From contig JBHGNT010000009.1 in the NCBI GenBank assembly GCA_043228905.1, positions 4,216,001 to 4,280,000 on the forward strand: a stretch of 64,000 nt of DNA, written 5' to 3'. The position numbers and the translations under genes are program-made. Position 1 is the stretch's first letter. The number at the start of each line of letters is the position of its first letter. The stretch is from Azolla caroliniana (taxonomy: Eukaryota; Plantae; Polypodiophyta). This document shows positions 57,609 through 64,000 of the stretch, piece after piece. Below the pieces are notes generated by a model, which saw nothing but the letters and a program-made list of their open reading frames with translations, had not been told where the DNA came from and searched no databases.

Positions 57609-60600
57609 ATGGAAGGCGGCGGTAGTGGGCCTCCGGGCATGATGGTGTTGAACTCACAGAACTACGCCGACTGGAAGATAAAGATGGAAGACCTTCTCAT
57701 CGTCCGAGACCTGTACGAACCGATCGACAATGCCGAGATACCCAAGGGGGTAATAGAGTCGGAGTGGAAGCTCCTGAACCGGAAAGCCGTAGCGACGATC
57801 CGGCAATATGTCGATGTAAGTGTCCTGCAACATGTGGCGAACGATACGAACGCCTATGAGATGTGGAAGAAGCTGTCGGGCCTTTATGAGAGGAAGAATG
57901 CGTTGAACCGGACCTCCCTGATGAGGAAGATAGTGAACCTCAAGTACCGAGACGGCGAGAATATGGTGGAACACGTGAGCACGTTCATGGGATTCGTGAA
58001 CCAGCTTGCGGCGATCAAGTTCCCGTTGGAGGATGCAATGCAAGCCATCATTCTGATGTGTACATTGCCGGAAAGCTGGGAGAACTTGGTGGTGACTCTC
58101 AGCACCTCCTGCACCGAAGATAACTTGTCCCTACAAACGGTAAAGACAAGTATTTTGAATGAAGAAGCGCGTCGGAGAGATAAAGAACCGGCCTCCGATC
58201 CGAAGATGCTGCTTACCGAATCGGATCGGGGAAGACAATGGAACCGGAGTCCGCAAAGACGGGAGAAGTCGGGGACCCGGTCGCAGTCAAGAGGAAGACC
58301 CACATGTTTCCACTGTGGGAAGCCGGGGCACTTCCGGAAGAATTGTCGGCATTACCGAAAGGACAACGGAGCCGACGACACCGATTCGAAGAAGTCACCG
58401 GAACGAAACGGTGCATACCGGGGAGCCACGGACCGGAGAGGTTCGGATCGGCGAGGGCAGGACCGGAAAGGAACGACGGCACTCGCGGCAAGTGAAGAAG
58501 AGATAATGCTCATTACCGAAGAGAGGGAGCTGAATCTTGCCGGTGTAGAGATGACCTGGGTGGTCGATTCCGGAGCGTCGTTCCACCTGACCCCGGAGAA
58601 GAAATACTTCTCATCCTACACAGCCGGTGAGCATGGCTGTGTCCGGATGGGAAATGAAGGTACATGCCGGATTGCCGGCATAGGAGACGTGTGGCTAATG
58701 ACATCAACCGGATGCAAGATGCTGCTGAAGGATGTACGACACGTTCCGGAGGTCCGATTGAACCTGATTTCGGCCGGGAGGCTAGACGATGAAGGCTACA
58801 CGGGTAGCATCCGGAACGGTGTCATGAAGTTCAGCAAAGGGAGCCTGGTAGTGGCTCGGGCCCGGAAGGTCAACACACTGTACCTGATGAATTCCCGGCT
58901 ATGTCCGGAGGAGCTGAACGTGGCAGCCGATACTGCCGGTGAGTTGTGGCACAAGAGACTGTGTCACATGAGTGAGAAGGGGATGAAGAGGCTTGCAGAA
59001 GACAACCTTATTCCAGTGAAGCATGTGCACCTGGAGAAGTGCACCGATTGCCTGGCCGGTAAGCACAACCGGACCTCCTTCCGCTCAAGACCACCGATGA
59101 GACGTAGTGTACCATTGGAGTTGGTACACACTGATGTGTGCCAGGTAGAAACGAAGTCACATGGCGGAGCCCAGTACTTCGTAACATTCATAGATGACCA
59201 TAGCCGGAAGCTGTGGACGGCACCGTTGAAGACAAAGGACCAAGTATTGTCCGTCTTCAAAGAACTCCACGCGAGAGTGGAAAGGGAATCCAGCAAGAAG
59301 CTGAAAGCGATACGAGTAGATAATGGAGGAGAATACCGAGGGCAATTTGAGGAGTATTGCCGTTCGATGGGAATTCGGCTCGAGTTTACTGTGCCGAAGA
59401 CGCCGGAACTGAACGGGCTGGCCGAGAGGATGAACCGGACCATAATGGAGAGGGTCCGGAGTATGTTAGCACATGCGAAATTACCCAAGGGACTTTGGGC
59501 TGAGGCAATGTCGACGGCGACATATGTGATAAATAGATCACCCTTAGTACCCCTGGATGGAGACACGCCACAGAGAGTGTGGACCGGTAAGGAAGTGTCC
59601 TACCGGCATCTGAAGGTGTTCGGGTGTCTCGCATACGTGCATGTGGCAAAGGACTGGAGAGGAAAGTTAGATCCAAAGACCCGGCCATGCATATTCCTCG
59701 GTTACGGCGACGACGAGTTCGGCTACCGAGTATGGGACCCGGTCGACAAGAAGATATTCAGGAGTCGAGATATCATCTTCATGGAGGACAAGACACTCGC
59801 CGACTGGGAGTCGGAGAAGAAGATGAAGAGCTCCAAGTCGACCGGTGAGAATCAACTCTACGAGGAGCAGTCCCGACCGGCAAGGGACCGGTTAGCACTC
59901 GAGGATCCGGCCGAAGACGGTGAAGAAACAGAACCGGCCGAGGAAGATGAAACTGATACCGGAACCGGCCCCGATCCCGAAATGGATTCGGATGAAGAGG
60001 AAACGGAGGAGCCGGTTACCGAAGCTCCGGAACGGAGATATCCTCTAAGAGAGAGAAGGGCCCCCCGGAGATTTCCGGAACCAGAGCACTTGCTGCTAAC
60101 CGACGAGGGGGAGCCGGAGAGTCTTGAAGAAGCAAAGCTTGACACCCATAGCCGCAGGTGGTTAAGTGCCATGCAGGAGGAGATGGATTCTCTGCATAAG
60201 AATCACACATATGAACTTGTGGAGTTGCCGAAAGGAAAGCGGGCACTTCGAAACAAGTGGGTGTTCAAGCTGAAACCGGGAGATACCGGAAGCCCCGCGA
60301 GATACAAAGCCAGGATCGTGGTGAAGGGGTTCCAGCAGAAGAAGGGCGTCGACTTCGACGAGATATTTGCCCCGGTAGTGAAGATGACCTCCATCCGGAC
60401 GGTGCTGAGCATAGCGGCAAGCATGGACCTCGAGGTAGAACAGATGGACGTAAAGACGACATTCCTTCACAGTAACCTCGAAGAAGAGATCTACATGCAG
60501 CAACCGGAAGGATTCGAGAAGAAAGGGAAGGAGCACCTGGTATGCCGGTTGAAGAAGAGCCTTTACGGACTGAAGCAGGCTCCCCGGTAGTGGTACCGGA

Positions 60601-61682
60601 AGTTCGACTCCTTCATGACCGACGAAGGGTACCACAAAACGCAGTCCGATCACTGCGTGTTTGTGAAGAAGTTCGAAGGAGGAGACTTTCTAATACTCCT
60701 CCTGTACGTGGACGACATGTTGATCGTGGGACGGGACCAGGTCAAGATACGGATGCTGAAGAAGGCTCTTCACCGAACCTTCTCAATGAAGGACCTGGGT
60801 CCGGCGAGGCAAATACTAGGCATGCACATCATCCGGGACCGGAAGAAGAAGCAGTTGTGGCTGTCACAGGAGAAGTACGTGACAAAGGTGCTTCACCGGT
60901 TCAACATGTCGGAAGCAAGACCGGTCGGGTCAACCCTCCCGGCAAACTGCAAGTTGTCCAGCAAGCAAAGCCCCAAGACAAAGGCTGAGAAGGAGGACAT
61001 GATGAAAGTACCATATGCCTCTGCCGTCGGAAGCTTGATGTACGCAATGGTGTGTACAAGACCGGACATTGGATACGCAGTCGGAGTGGTGAGCCGGTAT
61101 ATGAGTAATCCCGGCAAGGAGCATTGGAACGCGGTCAAATGGATACTCCGATACCTGAAAGGCACAACAAACGTGTGCCTTCGATTCGGCTCCGGTAAGC
61201 CCGAACTCGACGGCTTTACCGATTCGGATATGTCGGCTGATGCAGATACCAGCCGGTCCACATCAGGGTATGTGATGACGTATGCAGGGGGAGCTGTTTC
61301 GTGGCAGTCGAGGCTGCAGAAGACGGTTGCACTGTCAACCACGGAGGCGGAGTACATGGCGGCTGTTGAAGCCGGCAAGGAAATAATATGGATGAAGGAC
61401 TTCATTAGAGAGCTCGGTATCCGGCAGGAGGAGTACCGACTCTACTGCGACAGTCAGAGTGCCATCCACCTTGCGAATAATGCGGCCTACCATTCCCGGA
61501 CGAAGCACATCCAGCGGAGATACCACTGGATCCGGGAAAGGATAGAAGACAAGGAGTTCGTGCTGACGAAGATCCACACGGACGAGAACGGGTCGGATAT
61601 GCTGACCAAGGTACTTACACCCGACAAGCTGGAAGCATGCCAGAAGAGGATCGGATTGGAGAGACATCCCATGCCGAAGTGA
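57609..61682 (+). pseudogene. gag-pol: C4 gag-pol polyprotein with a single in-frame stop in RT
   Basis: One frame from the ATG at 57609 to the TGA at 61682, except TAG at 60588-60590 (LKQAPR*WY, normally Q). CCHC, DSG, HHCC/DDE, YVDD and RNase H motifs present. Confidence 0.95.
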
Positions 61683-61755
61683 AGGGGGAGTTTGTTGGGA
61701 TTTTCGGTCCCTCCGGATGGGATGTCCGGAGATGAATGACGGCAAGCCTGGTTGC

Positions 61756-61986
61756 GGTTACGGAACCGGAGGATGAAGAGAAGACCCCGGCTACGGAGCC
61801 GGATGACGAAGACCCGGCTACGGAGCCGGATGACGAAGAGAAGACCCCGGCTACGGAGCCGGATGACGAAGACCCGGCTACGGAGCCGGATGACGAAGAC
61901 CCGGCTACGGAGCCGGATGATGAAGACCCCGGCTACGGAGCCGGATGACGAAGACCCGGCTACGGAGCCAGATGATGAATGTACCC
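61756..61986 (+). repeat. Tandem array in U3 of the C4 3' LTR (8 units)
   Basis: Same array as the 5' LTR with one extra 27-bp unit. Confidence 0.93.
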
Positions 61987-62435
61987 GGAGAGAGATCCGG
62001 ATGCGGGGACATATTTGTGAATATGTTTGCCAAGGGCCCTTGAGGCTATATTTGTAAATAGCCCGAAAGTCATATGTGTATAAATATGACTTAGGGCAAA
62101 CAGTTTATGTTGTTGCTTATTTTTCTGTTTTCACTCAGAGAGAGTAAAGAGAGCAGCCGAGAGAGAGAGACGAAGAGGTCGTTGCCTCTGTGTATTGCCG
62201 CCGCCTGTGGCGAAGACAGTGAGTTCAAGGTTGTTGCCTTGAAGCTTCACCATTGTACATCTCTGTTCATAGTGATAGTTGGAGTTTGAGGACTCCCGTG
62301 GTTTTTTCCCATTTAGGGTTTTCCACGTAAAATATCCTGTGTACTCTTCTCTCTATTGTCTTCGTGTACTTTGTATTTCCTATTTTCTGTGAGTTGATCC
62401 TATTCCTCGGTCGTGGCCGAGCACCGTGAGCAACA

Positions 62436-62651
62436 TTCGTCACCTCGCCACCACCGTCAGTATCTTGGTCTTACGTCGACCGCGTTGCCGACTGCCGAAG
62501 TCTCTAGATCCGGTGTGAAGGATCCTCCGTAGACCGCCCATCTGTAGCCCTTGCCTTCGTCACCTCGCCGCCACCGTCAGTATCTTGGTCTTACGTCGAC
62601 CGCGTTGCCGACTGCCGAAGTCTCTAGATCCGGTGTGAAGGATCCTCCGTA
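62436..62651. repeat. 120-bp tandem duplication inside E6
   Basis: 62461-62520 is identical to 62581-62640; period 120. Confidence 0.93.
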
Positions 62652-63565
62652 GGCCTCTCTTGCCTTCTCGACCCTGTCCCGGGTCGTCCTTTTCCGCATG
62701 CCGAGAGGGCGGTTTACTCCGCACCCTTTCCCGTGGTACCGACATACCGTGTCCTCGGCCTCTTCGTAGGCCTGCTCTCTTCCTCCCTCCTGGAATGGTC
62801 ATCCGGGAGTCCGCTCCGCCCGGTTCTCGTCCGGGTCCGTTCGTCCTTCTCCGGATTGCTGAGTCCCGTTCTCCTGTCGCCACTGATCTCCCTTATAGGA
62901 CTCACGCCGGCACTCGGGCCTGCAGCCGGATCGGTGTAAGGAATCCCATAGGACCGGCTTTCATTCTCTTTCCAAATCTCGACCTTTGCCCGGTCGGTCT
63001 TTCTCCCCATGTAAAAGAGGGCGGCTCGTCCCGCACCCCCTTCCGTATCGGCACCTTTATCCCGAATCCGGCCTCGATCGAACGATCCACGACCGGATTT
63101 TGCTCCATACGAATCGGAATGCCGATCCCCTCGTGCCGTGTTCGTCCTCGGCCTCCTCGCAGGCCGTTTCCCATCCGTCTTCGCTGGCATCGTGCCAGGA
63201 CTCCTCGGTACCGCCATCCATCTCCTCGGTCTTACATGGGCATACGGGCCAAATTGCTGAGTTCTCTGGAATCGGGTCCGTGGGCTTTCGTCCGCTCCTT
63301 CCCCATATCGTGTCGTCGGTGATTCTTGGTCTATCGTCGTCGCCTTCCTCCGCTTGAGACTCACGTGGGCACTCGGGCCCGACTGCCATCGTCTCGGGAG
63401 CAAGTGTGGGAAGACACAAAGAATCGCCCGTCCGTTTTACGCCCTTGTCCGTAGCCACCGACTCTTCGTGGTCGGCGGTCGTCTTCTTACCGATCGCGCA
63501 AGCCCCGTCTGGGCTTGCTTCCCCAATGACCGGGATCTTGGGCTGACACGCCCGAAACCGCTGTC

Positions 63566-64000
63566 CTAACGTTCCGATTCCGCGATCGGTATCTCGACCT
63601 CGTCCTTGGCCGTTCTATCTCTGCAAGTCGAGAGGGCGTTTCGTTCCGCACCCTCTCCCGTGGTACCGTCGTACCGATCTTCCGCCGTCGCGTGGGGCAA
63701 GTCCGTCTTCTCAGTCTCGGCTTGCGGCCTCCGTCTTTCCACCTCCTCGAGCATCGCCTCGAGAGCTGCATACGCCTCCGCAATCTTGGCCCCAACACCA
63801 ACCCTTGCCAACTCTCCCTGCCGTTCGGCCTCTTCCCACTGTGATGGCACGCCGTCGCGTCCCTTCCTCTTAGCCTTCTCGGCTCGCTCTTTGTCTAGCC
63901 GTTGGCACACCCTTCCGACCTTCGACCAGTCCTCCATAAGTCCATTCGCTCCGTCATCGTCTTCGAGCTCAATACCGATGGCTTCCCGTTCCGCTCGGTC
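63566..64000 (-). pseudogene. gag: E6 Gag-related reading frame (partial)
   Basis: Motif similarity to E1-E4 Gag (ED..GL..DW..V..VC.R.DK); starts outside the window. Confidence 0.7.

Larger units (their letters stand above)
56862..62435 (+). mobile_element. C4: full-length young copia element (Tto1/Tork-like)
   Basis: LTRs at 56862-57577 (716 bp) and 61693-62435 (743 bp), TGTTG...CAACA. 5-bp TSD TTCGT at 56857-56861 and 62436-62440. PBS TGGTATCAAAGC at 57581-57592. PPT GAAGGGGGAG at 61681-61690. Confidence 0.97.
54927..64000 (-). mobile_element. E6: E-family-related, apparently non-autonomous element (3' LTR 54927-55496; repeat-rich interior; gag homology at the window end; no pol seen); interrupted by C4
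   Basis: LTR TGTCGTGAAGAA...GCGACA, the same PPT AGGTGGGGGCGGA as E1-E3, and a flanking ACGT at 54923-54926. The translation DREREAIGIELEDDDGANGLMEDWSKVGRVCQRLDK resembles E-family Gag DREQVGFLLETEDGLTTDWAAVRKVCGRFDK. Confidence 0.82.

Overview
This window is plant-type repetitive DNA made entirely of nested LTR retrotransposons, and I found no host genes. The lineage mix suggests a non-seed plant such as a fern, lycophyte or bryophyte (inference). I resolve about 15 insertions, with labels of my own. (1) Five Ty1/copia pieces, C0-C4; C1, C2 and C4 form one Tto1/Tork-like family. (2) Four Ty3/gypsy chromovirus-type elements, G1-G4; G2 and G3 show a Tf1/Tcn1-style self-priming signature. (3) Six members, E1-E6, of one GC-rich non-chromovirus Ty3/gypsy family. 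The E family is the most interesting system here. It makes 4-bp target-site duplications, and all six visible target sites are centred on CpG (ACGT, GCGT x3, ACGT, CCGT), often inside other LTRs. It is primed by tRNA-Trp. It encodes Gag plus a DHG-motif protease in ORF1 and appears to reach RT-RH-IN by a -1 frameshift at GGAUUUU followed by a predicted pseudoknot. It has a covarying RNA structure around the polypurine tract (PPT). It is accompanied by a pol-less, gag-derived non-autonomous partner (E6) that keeps these cis signals. Inferred nesting reaches nine levels. Lineage names and RNA structures come from reading by eye and need computational confirmation.
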